Below, one piece after another: positions 10,035 through 18,282 of a stretch of 64,000 nt of DNA (positions are counted from its first letter, which is position 1; each line of letters opens with the position of its first letter). The position numbers and the translations under genes are program-made. The stretch lies in contig CAYLHJ010000001.1 in NCBI GenBank assembly GCA_964383705.1, positions 37,659-101,658 on the forward strand, in the 5' to 3' direction. The notes below the pieces were generated by a model, which was not told the DNA's origin, searched no databases, and saw only the letters and a list, made by a program, of their open reading frames with translations. Source of the DNA: an uncultured Candidatus Saccharibacteria bacterium. GTDB lineage: Bacteria; Patescibacteriota; Minisyncoccia; Phycocordibacterales; Zambryskibacteraceae.

Positions 10035-10415
10035 TTACTGATTACCCCTGTTTTCGGCGGCATGTTTTTTGCTGGTTCGTGCGGCAGGATTTGCTTCTAA
10101 TCGGTCGATTTCAATTGGCTCGCCGGAGATTTCACATGTTCCGTATGTGCCATTATCTATTCTTTCAAGAGCATCTTTAACTTCATTAAAACGAATTTCA
10201 AGCTGCTTTAAGATTGCGGTGTTATTTTCAAATTCCTCAATGCTGTCAGCCACCTCATTTTCATCGGCATTCAAGATATCCATCTTGGCTGGCGTTGCTT
10301 GCCAGTCAGAAGCATTTTCTGGATTAATACGTCCGACAGATGAAAGCTCTTTCTCTAATAGAGACTTTTCTGCTTCAAGTTTTTCCTTAAAGTGTTGAAG
10401 TTGTCTTTCGTCCAT
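10035..10415 (-). CDS. DksA/TraR-family-like regulator (coiled coil plus C-terminal finger region lacking the canonical Cys4)
   Basis: 126 aa acidic coiled-coil protein ending ...DNGTYGTCEISGEPIEIDRLEANPAARTSKKH, which resembles the DksA C-terminus. Confidence 0.45.
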   Translation of the reverse strand: MDERQLQHFKEKLEAEKSLLEKELSSVGRINPENASDWQATPAKMDILNADENEVADSIEEFENNTAILKQLEIRFNEVKDALERIDNGTYGTCEISGEPIEIDRLEANPAARTSKKHAAENRGNQ

Positions 10416-10451
10416 ATAGTTAATGATAGCAGGAGGGATTTTTAAAGTAAA

Positions 10452-11624
10452 TTATCGGACCAATTTTTCTTCCGCCAGTCTATCTACCATTTCAAGCAAC
10501 ACAGTGCCGTTTGTGGTCAAGAGAAGCGTGTTTTTGTCTAGAAATGAATAAAGTAGCACCGTTTCTCCATTAATATTTTTTAATACTCGAGCATCTTTAT
10601 TTCGGTAGGTTTCATCTTCAAATTCTGAGTTTATATCTAAGTCGTAGTTCATTATTCTTGTTACATTTTCCGTGGTTGTTGCCGAGCTTGTTGCCATACC
10701 AGTGAAAGATGAATTTGTATCATCATTTTTTTCGGTTATGGCTATTGTTCTTTTTGAAAAAATTGACCCTACATCTTTGTTAATATTTTCTTCCCACTTA
10801 AACATTTCATTGTAAGCATTTTCAAATGATTCTATCTCTATGATTAAAAACGGCTCGTTACCTTCTAATTTATAAAATCCAAACATGAAATCTTTTCCAA
10901 AGGATCTTAAAAGAGCTGGTGGAGCTGAATGTTCAAGCAAAGCAAAAAATTCTTCAGTTGAGATAAATCGCGTTTGTCCCTCCATGAGATCTTCTATAAG
11001 TGCGGTATAAAGAATTTCATCTCGATTTATTGATTCATTACGACGCTCTTTATCAAAAAATTCAAGCAATTTTTCTTTCGAGAGTGAATTTATTGGTATA
11101 GCTATAATTTGATCGTAACCTATAATTGTCTGAACCTTATTTCTACGTTCTTCTTGGGAGGCGGGTGTTTTTTGGAAAAAATAGAACGCGAATATTGTAC
11201 CGAGGCCAAGTATAATAAATATTATACTTAAGACGATAGCCAGAGTATTATTTGTTTTAGATTTATTCTCTGTTGATTTTGGTTCTTTCTCCCTTTTTCT
11301 TTTTTGTTCAGCTACAGCAATTGTGATAACAGAAGTATTTTGTTTTTTTATTGCATCAGCCACATCACCTTGCAGGGTGCGCAGATTTTTAATTTGAATT
11401 TCTTTTTTTGCTGGTAGATTTTCTGGATTTATGACGACTTTTTCCGTTAGTTTTCTATCTGATTCGGCGTTATTAGGGGTATTTTTACTTGTCGAGTTGC
11501 CATTGATGCGGGCAAAAATCTCATCCTGCTTTTTTTGCTGGTTTGAGCTTTCGTCAGAGATTTTTTTTTGAATCTCTTCTATCTTATCGTCTGCTAATCC
11601 TCCGCTTAACGTTTCGTCAGGCAT
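10452..11624 (-). CDS. Hypothetical bitopic membrane protein
   Basis: 390 aa with a single TM (LAIVLSIIFIILGLGTIFAFYFF) after a charged N-terminal region. Confidence 0.5.
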   Translation of the reverse strand: MPDETLSGGLADDKIEEIQKKISDESSNQQKKQDEIFARINGNSTSKNTPNNAESDRKLTEKVVINPENLPAKKEIQIKNLRTLQGDVADAIKKQNTSVITIAVAEQKRKREKEPKSTENKSKTNNTLAIVLSIIFIILGLGTIFAFYFFQKTPASQEERRNKVQTIIGYDQIIAIPINSLSKEKLLEFFDKERRNESINRDEILYTALIEDLMEGQTRFISTEEFFALLEHSAPPALLRSFGKDFMFGFYKLEGNEPFLIIEIESFENAYNEMFKWEENINKDVGSIFSKRTIAITEKNDDTNSSFTGMATSSATTTENVTRIMNYDLDINSEFEDETYRNKDARVLKNINGETVLLYSFLDKNTLLLTTNGTVLLEMVDRLAEEKLVR

Positions 11625-11685
11625 TGATTTTGTGAATTATGCTTATTCTTTGGGTTATTGTACCACAATTGTTATTTTTGCTGAT

Positions 11686-11712
11686 TAAAAAACCCCAGAT
11701 CTGGGGTTTTTT
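11686..11712. terminator. Bidirectional intrinsic terminator
   Basis: aaaaaacccc agatct ggggtttttt. Confidence 0.55.
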
Positions 11713-12247
11713 AATCAGCTTGTTTGCCACGTTTTTGTCCTTTCATAATCAGATATTTTTTTGGATTCAAATCGAGATCTAAAAAATCGTCCACGCATTC
11801 AATAAGTCGACTAGATGCTGATTTCCCAAAGGCGGCAATCTCAACCTGACAGCCATAGGTATTTTTTAGGTATTCGACAAGCGGGACAAAGTCTCCGTCA
11901 CCAGAAAGTAGAATGACTGTATCTAATTTGTGGGCCATTTTTACTGCATCAATTGCAATACCAACGTCCCAGTCCCCCTTTTTTGCGCCACCAAAAAATA
12001 TTTGAAGATTTTTTGTTTTTGTTTCTATTCCTGCTTTTTCTAAAGCATCAAAAAAACTTTTTTCCTCTCCAGATTCAGTGGTTATAACATAAGCAATTGC
12101 TCGTATGAGAGATCTGCCTGCGAGCATGTCTTTAACAACCTGACCAAAGTTCACCTTTCCATGGTAGAGATTTTTTGCGCTGTGATAGAGATTTTGAGTA
12201 TCAATGAAAACTCCTACTCGCTGATCTTTTTGTTTAATTATTGCCAT
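11711..12247 (-). CDS. NYN/LabA-like (DUF88) domain protein
   Basis: VGVFIDTQNLYHSAKNLY...ILLSGDGDFVPLVEYLKNTYGCQVEIAAF, typical of NYN/LabA nuclease-fold proteins. Confidence 0.7.
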   Translation of the reverse strand: MAIIKQKDQRVGVFIDTQNLYHSAKNLYHGKVNFGQVVKDMLAGRSLIRAIAYVITTESGEEKSFFDALEKAGIETKTKNLQIFFGGAKKGDWDVGIAIDAVKMAHKLDTVILLSGDGDFVPLVEYLKNTYGCQVEIAAFGKSASSRLIECVDDFLDLDLNPKKYLIMKGQKRGKQAD

Positions 12248-12289
12248 AAATCAAGTCTTTTGAGGACTTAGTCAAGATAACGGTGCTTT

Positions 12290-12565
12290 CTATATAACTT
12301 TCTTTTTTAGATTAAGCTTTTTCATTAAAACCTCAAACCTTTTTGGGCTCTTTTTTTGAAGGTAATTCATGTGTGCCTGTCGATTTGAAACCATGCTCAA
12401 GAGCCCCTTGCGCGAATGGTTGTCTTTCTGATTCTTCTTTAAATGGTGGGCCAATTCCTCAATTTGTTTGCTCAATATTGAAATCTGGACCTCAGGTGAA
12501 CCAGTATCAGTATCGTGAATTTTAGCCTCCTTTATAATTTTTTGTTTTTTTGTCTTTGCTATCAT
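12290..12565 (-). CDS. rpsO: 30S ribosomal protein S15
   Basis: DTGSPEVQISILSKQIEELAHHLKKNQKDNHSRKGLLSMVSNRQAHMNYL matches S15. Internal start MIAKTKKQ is preferred over the longer provided ORF. Confidence 0.85.
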   Translation of the reverse strand: MIAKTKKQKIIKEAKIHDTDTGSPEVQISILSKQIEELAHHLKKNQKDNHSRKGLLSMVSNRQAHMNYLQKKSPKRFEVLMKKLNLKKKVI

Positions 12566-12664
12566 TAAGGCCAAGATTAACACAAAACCCTTATTTTTGC
12601 AAGTATTTCATCTCTTTGGAAAAAACACCCATAACTTGATATGATTATTGTGCGACATTAAATC

Positions 12665-13579
12665 ATGGACTTAAAAACCTTAAAACGCGAATTCTTTGAG
12701 CATCTTGAAATTGAGAAAGGCAGAAGTTTAAAGACTATTGAAAATTATGAGAGATATATTGATACCTTTCTTGCTTTTTCAAAGATAAATTTGCCAAAGC
12801 AGATAACAGATTCTCTTATTAGGGAGTATCGCTTGTGGCTTAATCGAAAAGATTTGGGGAATTTAAAGACAGGCAGTAAAGAAAATCTAAAAAAAAAGAC
12901 CCAAAATTATTATCTTATTGCCTTACGAGCTTTTCTTAAGTACTTGAGAAAAAGAGAGATTTCTTCCCTATCACCAGAGAGAATAGAGTTGGCAAAGATC
13001 CCCGAACGCTCTATTGATCTTATTACAACAGATGAATTATCTCGTCTTTTGATGGCAGCCAATGGCGATAATATTAAATCTTTGCGCGATAGAGCCATTT
13101 TAGAGCTATTTTTTTCTACTGGATTAAGAGTTTCTGAACTTTGTTCTCTTAATCGTGACATTGATTTAACTCGGAGTGAATTCTCAGTTCGAGGTAAGGG
13201 TGATAAGGTTCGAGTTGTATTCCTTTCTGATAAATCAAAAATATCACTTAGAAATTACTTAAATAAGCGCAAAGATATGGATGATGCTCTTTTTGTAAGC
13301 CTAAAAAAGGGGGGCGAAACCAAAAGGCTTACTTCGAGATCTATGGAGAGGATTGTAAAATATTATGCTATCAAGGCCGGTATATCTAAGAAAGTTACGC
13401 CACATGTTATTCGTCACAGTTTTGCAACTGATTTGTTGCAAAATGGGGCGGACGTTAGATCAGTCCAAATGTTATTGGGCCATGCAAATATAGGTACAAC
13501 TCAGATTTACACGCATTTAACTGATAAGCATTTACAGGATATTCACAAAAAGTTTCATAATCGCAGAAATTCAAATTAA
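12665..13579 (+). CDS. xerC: Tyrosine site-specific recombinase XerC/XerD family
   Basis: C-terminal catalytic motif HVIRHSFATDLLQNGADVRSVQMLLGHANIGTTQIYTH. Confidence 0.8.
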   Translation: MDLKTLKREFFEHLEIEKGRSLKTIENYERYIDTFLAFSKINLPKQITDSLIREYRLWLNRKDLGNLKTGSKENLKKKTQNYYLIALRAFLKYLRKREISSLSPERIELAKIPERSIDLITTDELSRLLMAANGDNIKSLRDRAILELFFSTGLRVSELCSLNRDIDLTRSEFSVRGKGDKVRVVFLSDKSKISLRNYLNKRKDMDDALFVSLKKGGETKRLTSRSMERIVKYYAIKAGISKKVTPHVIRHSFATDLLQNGADVRSVQMLLGHANIGTTQIYTHLTDKHLQDIHKKFHNRRNSN

Positions 13580-13581
13580 AA

Positions 13582-14346
13582 ATGAAAATTATTTCATGGA
13601 ACGTAAATGGGCTTCGTGCGGTTTATAAAAAGGGTAATTTTGAAGGCATTCTTTCTTCTGAAAATGACATAGTCTGTCTTCAGGAGACAAAATCATTACC
13701 AGATCAACTTCCTCAGGAGTTACAGAATCCAGTTGGCTTCTATGCTTATTTTAATTACCCTAAATTCAAGAAAGGATATAGTGGAGTTGCAATTTTTAGT
13801 AAATCGAAACCCATCGATGTGCTCTATGGAATGAAACGTGGAGAAAGAGATTTGGAAGGTAGGATTATTGGGGCTGAATTTCCAGATTTCTATCTTTTAA
13901 ACGTATACTTTCCCAATGGCGGTGGGGGCCCAGAACGCTTGGCTTATAAATTATCTTTTTATGATGAATTTATTTTTTTTATTGAAGATTTAAGAAAGAA
14001 AAAACCAGTGATATTTTGTGGAGATGTTAACACTGCTCATAAGGAGATTGACCTCGCTCGACCAAAAGAGAATGAAAAAAATACCGGTTTTTTACCTGAA
14101 GAGAGGGCTTGGATAGATAAACTGATAGGGCTTGGCTACGTAGATGTGTTCAGGTTTTTTAATCCAGACCTTATTGGGGCATATACTTATTGGGATATGA
14201 AAACATACGCCCGAGACAGAAATGTTGGTTGGAGAATTGACTATTTTTTTGCTTCAACTGAATTAATTTCACGCATCAATAACACCCTCATAAGAGATGA
14301 TATTTTTGGCTCTGATCACTGCCCAATTACGATGGATATCGTATAG
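13582..14346 (+). CDS. xth: Exodeoxyribonuclease III (AP endonuclease)
   Basis: MKIISWNVNGLRA...HCPITMDI, typical ExoIII/APE1. Confidence 0.85.
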   Translation: MKIISWNVNGLRAVYKKGNFEGILSSENDIVCLQETKSLPDQLPQELQNPVGFYAYFNYPKFKKGYSGVAIFSKSKPIDVLYGMKRGERDLEGRIIGAEFPDFYLLNVYFPNGGGGPERLAYKLSFYDEFIFFIEDLRKKKPVIFCGDVNTAHKEIDLARPKENEKNTGFLPEERAWIDKLIGLGYVDVFRFFNPDLIGAYTYWDMKTYARDRNVGWRIDYFFASTELISRINNTLIRDDIFGSDHCPITMDIV

Positions 14347-14599
14347 GTTAATGGCTTTTATATAATTTAATTATCCACAGATATTTTATTATGTCCTTTA
14401 TACATGCTATAATCTCTGAGGACGTAGTGGCAATTGTTCAAGGACAAGAACCATCACATTAGTTCTTTGTGAGAGCGCTCTCGAAAGGTTAGCTTGGTTT
14501 GGGTTCGTCTAGAGATACGATATATCACCAATCTTTTTTCTTCGGATATTCGTCTAGCGATGTCCTTTACTGAGTGACTCTTTCACCGTTTGTAGAAAC

Positions 14600-14636
14600 C
14601 ACGTAGTGACCGCAACCACTTCGTGGTTTTTTGTTT
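14600..14636 (+). terminator. Plus-strand intrinsic terminator closing an ORF-less transcribed unit
   Basis: accacgtagtgaccgcaaccacttcgtggttttttgttttt. Confidence 0.45.
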
Positions 14637-16109
14637 TTAATTAACTGAGTATTTTTTTCTTATTTGCTTTAAAGATCTTTCCTCCTCCTCCTCTTTTTTC
14701 CGCTTTCCTTTCTCCCCCATTTCTTTTAGTTTGTTTTCAGGGAGTATGGCAAGCTCGGCTGCTCTTTTTTTGAGAATATCTTTAGTGTTTAAAGCTGGAT
14801 TTTCGAGAGTTTCTTCAAGCAAAGCATGTAAGATATGGCCTATTTTTGGACTTGGGGGTAATTTCGTAGCTTCCATAATTCCTTTCCCATCAATCGCGAG
14901 CATTCCTACGGAAACAGGGTCACGTATAACTTCTTCTAGCATCGCTTTATACTTTCGAAGTCTGTAGGGGTTTTCTTTCGGTCTGCCTGTTCCTATTCGG
15001 TCACAGACTCTTATATTCATTAGATCCCAAACGAGCTCTTTTCCGACATTTCCCAATAGCCTTCTTACTGCAGAATGGCTAATTTGTTCGGTATCAGAGA
15101 AAAACATATGCCACCGTACTAATTTTTCCACATTTTCAGTTATTTCTTTAGGGAATCTTAATTCTTTCATTATTTTTTTTGTCATTTTCCCACCTATTAC
15201 TTCATGACCATAGAATGTCCACTCTTTTTTATCTTCTGACCAACGCCTTGTTGCCGGCTTAGCAATGTCGTGGAACAAGGCAGCTAGTCTTATATGCAAC
15301 GGCCAACTTTTATCACTTGCCGCTTGGAGAGATTTCAAAATATGCATCCAGACATCAAAAACGTGCGCTTTATTTTGTTTTACTCCAATGCCGTGTTCAA
15401 GTTCGGGTACAATAAATCTTAAAATGTTAAGCTTTTGAGCCATTATTAAACCATCCATAGGGTTTGGAGACATAATGATCTTTATAAATTCATCTCTTAT
15501 TCTTTCTTTAGCTATTTTGGTCAATAAGGTCGCAGAATCTTTAATGGCCTTCTCTGTATTCTTCTCTATAGAAAAGCCAAGTTCTGCTTGAAGCCGTACT
15601 GCTCGTATAATACGCAAAGCATCTTCCTTAAATCTTTCACTTGGCTCCCCTACCGCCCTAATAATTCCTTTCTGAATATCAGATCTTCCCTCAAATGGAT
15701 CAACAACATCATTTTCTTCAATATCAAGAGCAATTGCATTAATTGTGAAATCACGTCTTTTTAAATCTTCCTCAAGAGTGGCATTAAATGAGACAAAGTC
15801 TGGCCTTCTGTTGTCGGTGTACTTTCCTTCTGTTCTATATGGCGTAACCTCTATGATTTTTAAGGTATCATCATTAGTTTCTGGGCTCACAACCCCAACA
15901 GTTCCATAATCATTCTCATAAAAAGTTTTTTCAAACATGGATACTATCTCATCTGGCTTGGCATTGGTCGTTACGTCCCAATCTCTTGGTTTTTTGCCCA
16001 AAAACAAGTCTCTAACGCAACCACCGATAAGATAGGCCTGAAAACCTGACTTTTTTAGAGTTTTTGTTATTCGTGAAACATCATCTGGAATAGAAAAATG
16101 TTTATTCAT
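14637..16109 (-). CDS. cca: CCA-adding tRNA nucleotidyltransferase with HD domain
   Basis: GGCVRDLFLGKKPRDWDVTT polymerase-beta head; HD region LAALFHDIAKP. Confidence 0.85.
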   Translation of the reverse strand: MNKHFSIPDDVSRITKTLKKSGFQAYLIGGCVRDLFLGKKPRDWDVTTNAKPDEIVSMFEKTFYENDYGTVGVVSPETNDDTLKIIEVTPYRTEGKYTDNRRPDFVSFNATLEEDLKRRDFTINAIALDIEENDVVDPFEGRSDIQKGIIRAVGEPSERFKEDALRIIRAVRLQAELGFSIEKNTEKAIKDSATLLTKIAKERIRDEFIKIIMSPNPMDGLIMAQKLNILRFIVPELEHGIGVKQNKAHVFDVWMHILKSLQAASDKSWPLHIRLAALFHDIAKPATRRWSEDKKEWTFYGHEVIGGKMTKKIMKELRFPKEITENVEKLVRWHMFFSDTEQISHSAVRRLLGNVGKELVWDLMNIRVCDRIGTGRPKENPYRLRKYKAMLEEVIRDPVSVGMLAIDGKGIMEATKLPPSPKIGHILHALLEETLENPALNTKDILKKRAAELAILPENKLKEMGEKGKRKKEEEEERSLKQIRKKYSVN

Positions 16110-16200
16110 ATTTAACTATTCTATCATTCTTAACCATATCTCATAATTTATGGCTTATAATTTGAACAATTTTCATAACAGGGTATGATTGTGTATACTT

Positions 16201-16275
16201 GCACCCGTGGTGAAATGGATATCACAACGGTCTTCGGAACCGTTATTGTGGGTTCGAATCCTGCCGGGTGCACCA
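16201..16275 (+). tRNA. tRNA-Arg (anticodon TCG), CCA encoded
   Basis: Folded by hand. Acceptor gcacccg/cgggtgc, anticodon stem acggt/accgt with loop cTTCGga, T-loop ttcgaat. Confidence 0.7.
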
Positions 16276-16276
16276 T

Positions 16277-16347
16277 GCGGGTATGGTTTAGTGGTAGAAT
16301 GACTGCCTTCCAAGCAGTAGACGGGAGTTCGATTCTCCCTACCCGCA
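16277..16347 (+). tRNA. tRNA-Gly (anticodon TCC)
   Basis: gcgggta...actgc CTTCCAA gcagt...tacccgc a; classic Gly-tRNA sequence. Confidence 0.75.
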
Positions 16348-16585
16348 CAATAATAATAAATCTTCATTCTTATGACCTATGAAGGTCCTTTAAGAGTAAA
16401 AAACACGCTAACAGTATTTTGTAAAAAACGTTGTTAATAAAGGGGAATTTGACCATAAAAATACAAAAAGTTAAGAAAATGGGGATAATCCTGTGGAATA
16501 TGTGTATTAAAGACAGTCTTTTAGCCTATTTTATAGGACTAAAGCATCTTATTTTGGCTTAAAATAAGGATTCATTACATAGTGA

Positions 16586-16603
16586 ATGTTTCACGTGAAA
16601 CAT
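16586..16603. promoter_or_regulatory. Perfect 18-bp palindrome atgtttcacgtgaaacat upstream of yraN (possible operator)
   Basis: Seen directly in the sequence; self-complementary with a cacgtg core, 35 nt upstream of the yraN ATG. Confidence 0.3.
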
Positions 16604-16638
16604 AAACAAATTTGTTATTTATGAAACAATGAATATTA

Positions 16639-17031
16639 ATGAAAACTCTAAAAAGAGCTATTGGCGACTTGGGAGAGGAGATTTCCTGTAAGTTTCTCAT
16701 GAAACATGGTTTTACGATCCGTGAGAGGAATTATCTAAAACCGTGGGGTGAGATAGATATCATTTGCTCAAAAGATAATGTAATTCATTTTGTTGAGGTT
16801 AAATCTGTAGTTTGTGATGTAAATCAATTTGTTACTCATGAAACTAAAAAAGGATACAGGCCAGAGGAAAACATCCATCAGGCCAAATTAAAAAGACTCT
16901 CAAGAGTAATTCAGACTTATTTGATGGAAAAAAATGAGGAGAGTGATTGGCGATTTGATGTTTTAGCTGTATTTATTGAAAAAGACTTAAAAAGGGCAAA
17001 AGTCAGATTTATAAGTGATGTTGTCCTTTAG
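16639..17031 (+). CDS. yraN: YraN/UPF0102 family endonuclease
   Basis: LGEEISCKFLMKHGFTIRERNY...GEIDIICSKDNVIHFVEVK. Confidence 0.75.
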   Translation: MKTLKRAIGDLGEEISCKFLMKHGFTIRERNYLKPWGEIDIICSKDNVIHFVEVKSVVCDVNQFVTHETKKGYRPEENIHQAKLKRLSRVIQTYLMEKNEESDWRFDVLAVFIEKDLKRAKVRFISDVVL

Positions 17032-17083
17032 CCTCAGTATTCGCTGTTTTTTTTCACGCATGATAGTATGGGAAAGTTATATT

Positions 17084-17156
17084 CGGGGCGTGGTGTAACG
17101 GCTAACATGTCTGTTTTGGGAACAGATGACTCCGGGTTCGAATCCCGGCGCCCCGA
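17084..17156 (+). tRNA. tRNA-Pro (anticodon TGG)
   Basis: cggggcg...tctgt TTTGGGA acaga...cgccccg a. Confidence 0.75.
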
Positions 17157-17204
17157 CAATCATTACCTGATAGATTGCATTCAGGGCTATTTTAGAAGAT
17201 ATAT

Positions 17205-17528
17205 TTGATAACAGTAAATATGTTCAAAAAGAAGATTGAAGATTTTATCTGTGAATACTGTGGTAAAAAAAACACCGGATCAGGTTTTACTAACCATTGC
17301 TCACAGTGTTTGTGGAGTAAACACGTTGATATTGATCCTGGAGACAGGGAAGGGAATTGCGGTGGCTTGATGGAACCAATTGATGTGGAAAAACATGGAA
17401 ATGACTACAGAATAGTGCATAAATGTCTAAAATGTGGTTTTTTGAGACCAAATCCTGTTACAAAGCAAGATGATTTTAATGCCGTTCTTGCTGTATCTCA
17501 AAAGGCGGCTGAAAAAAAGGATGTTTAA
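17205..17528 (+). CDS. RNHCP-domain zinc-ribbon protein
   Basis: FICEYCGKKNTGSGFTNHCSQCLWSKHVDIDPGD...HKCLKCGF matches the RNHCP (PF12647) pattern. Confidence 0.6.
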   Translation: MITVNMFKKKIEDFICEYCGKKNTGSGFTNHCSQCLWSKHVDIDPGDREGNCGGLMEPIDVEKHGNDYRIVHKCLKCGFLRPNPVTKQDDFNAVLAVSQKAAEKKDV

Positions 17529-17580
17529 TTGCGATAGGGAGGTCAATTTGTTAGTATAATTTTCACTGCTTCATCGAATT

Positions 17581-17651
17581 GCGGCTATGGTTTAGTGGTA
17601 GAATGCGTCCTTGCCAAGGACGAGACGGGAGTTCGATTCTCCCTAGCCGCA
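17581..17651 (+). tRNA. tRNA-Gly (anticodon GCC)
   Basis: gcggcta...cgtcc TTGCCAA ggacg...tagccgc a. Confidence 0.75.
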
Positions 17652-17795
17652 CCGTTTAAATATATATAGTTGTATTGTTTTCGTGATTCCAGGCATTTGT
17701 AATAGAATAGGCGGATCCAGAAGATTATCTTCCTGATTGGACTGATGATCGCCCCCACGGCCGTGTGCCTGTCCGTTGGGTCTTTAAAACTAAAA

Positions 17796-17822
17796 CAAAA
17801 AACCGCATAAAGCGGTTTTTTG
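17796..17822. terminator. Bidirectional terminator
   Basis: aaaaaaccgc ataa agcggtttttt between the tRNA-Gly trailer and convergent hup. Confidence 0.55.
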
Positions 17823-17843
17823 TTAAGAAAAACAGAATTTCTC

Positions 17844-18116
17844 TTATTTTACAGCATCTTTTAATGCTTTTGCTGCTCGAAACTTCGGAACTCTCATTGA
17901 GCTAACCTGGATAGTTTCACCTGTTCTTGGATTTCGTGCTTGTCGTGCAGCACGGACCTTTGTTGAAAAGATGCCAAGGCCGGCAATTGAAACTTCTCCA
18001 CCTTTTTTTAGTGTAGAAACTAGGGTTTCAATCATGGTTTCAACTGCTTGCTCGGCCTGAACTTTTGTTCCGCCGATCTTTGCATGAACCGCTTCCACAA
18101 TTCCTTGTTTGTTCAT
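17844..18116 (-). CDS. hup: DNA-binding protein HU
   Basis: MNKQGIVEAV...GLGIFSTKVRAARQARNPRTGETIQV. Confidence 0.9.
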   Translation of the reverse strand: MNKQGIVEAVHAKIGGTKVQAEQAVETMIETLVSTLKKGGEVSIAGLGIFSTKVRAARQARNPRTGETIQVSSMRVPKFRAAKALKDAVK

Positions 18117-18282
18117 AATGTATGAATAAAATAATATGCGATGAATAATATCGACGCCTTTCGTTATTCCTTATCTAGCGAAACTACAGCTTCAGCTAGC
18201 TCAAAGGTATAGAAACATTATATAGTAAGCCATCTTTTCCGCAAGAAACATTTTTTTCTAAAAAATAGTAACACAAATCATT

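Noticed and set aside
12665-13579. Tyrosine recombinase as marker of an integrated mobile element
   Set aside because: It has a XerC/XerD-like C-terminus and sits among housekeeping genes with host-like GC and no flanking repeats. It is most simply the chromosomal dimer-resolution recombinase, although its proximity to the tRNA island was noted.
16148-16382. Three provided ORFs (64-66 aa) on both strands
   Set aside because: They coincide with tRNA-Arg and tRNA-Gly sequences; translating tRNA DNA gives spurious ORFs.
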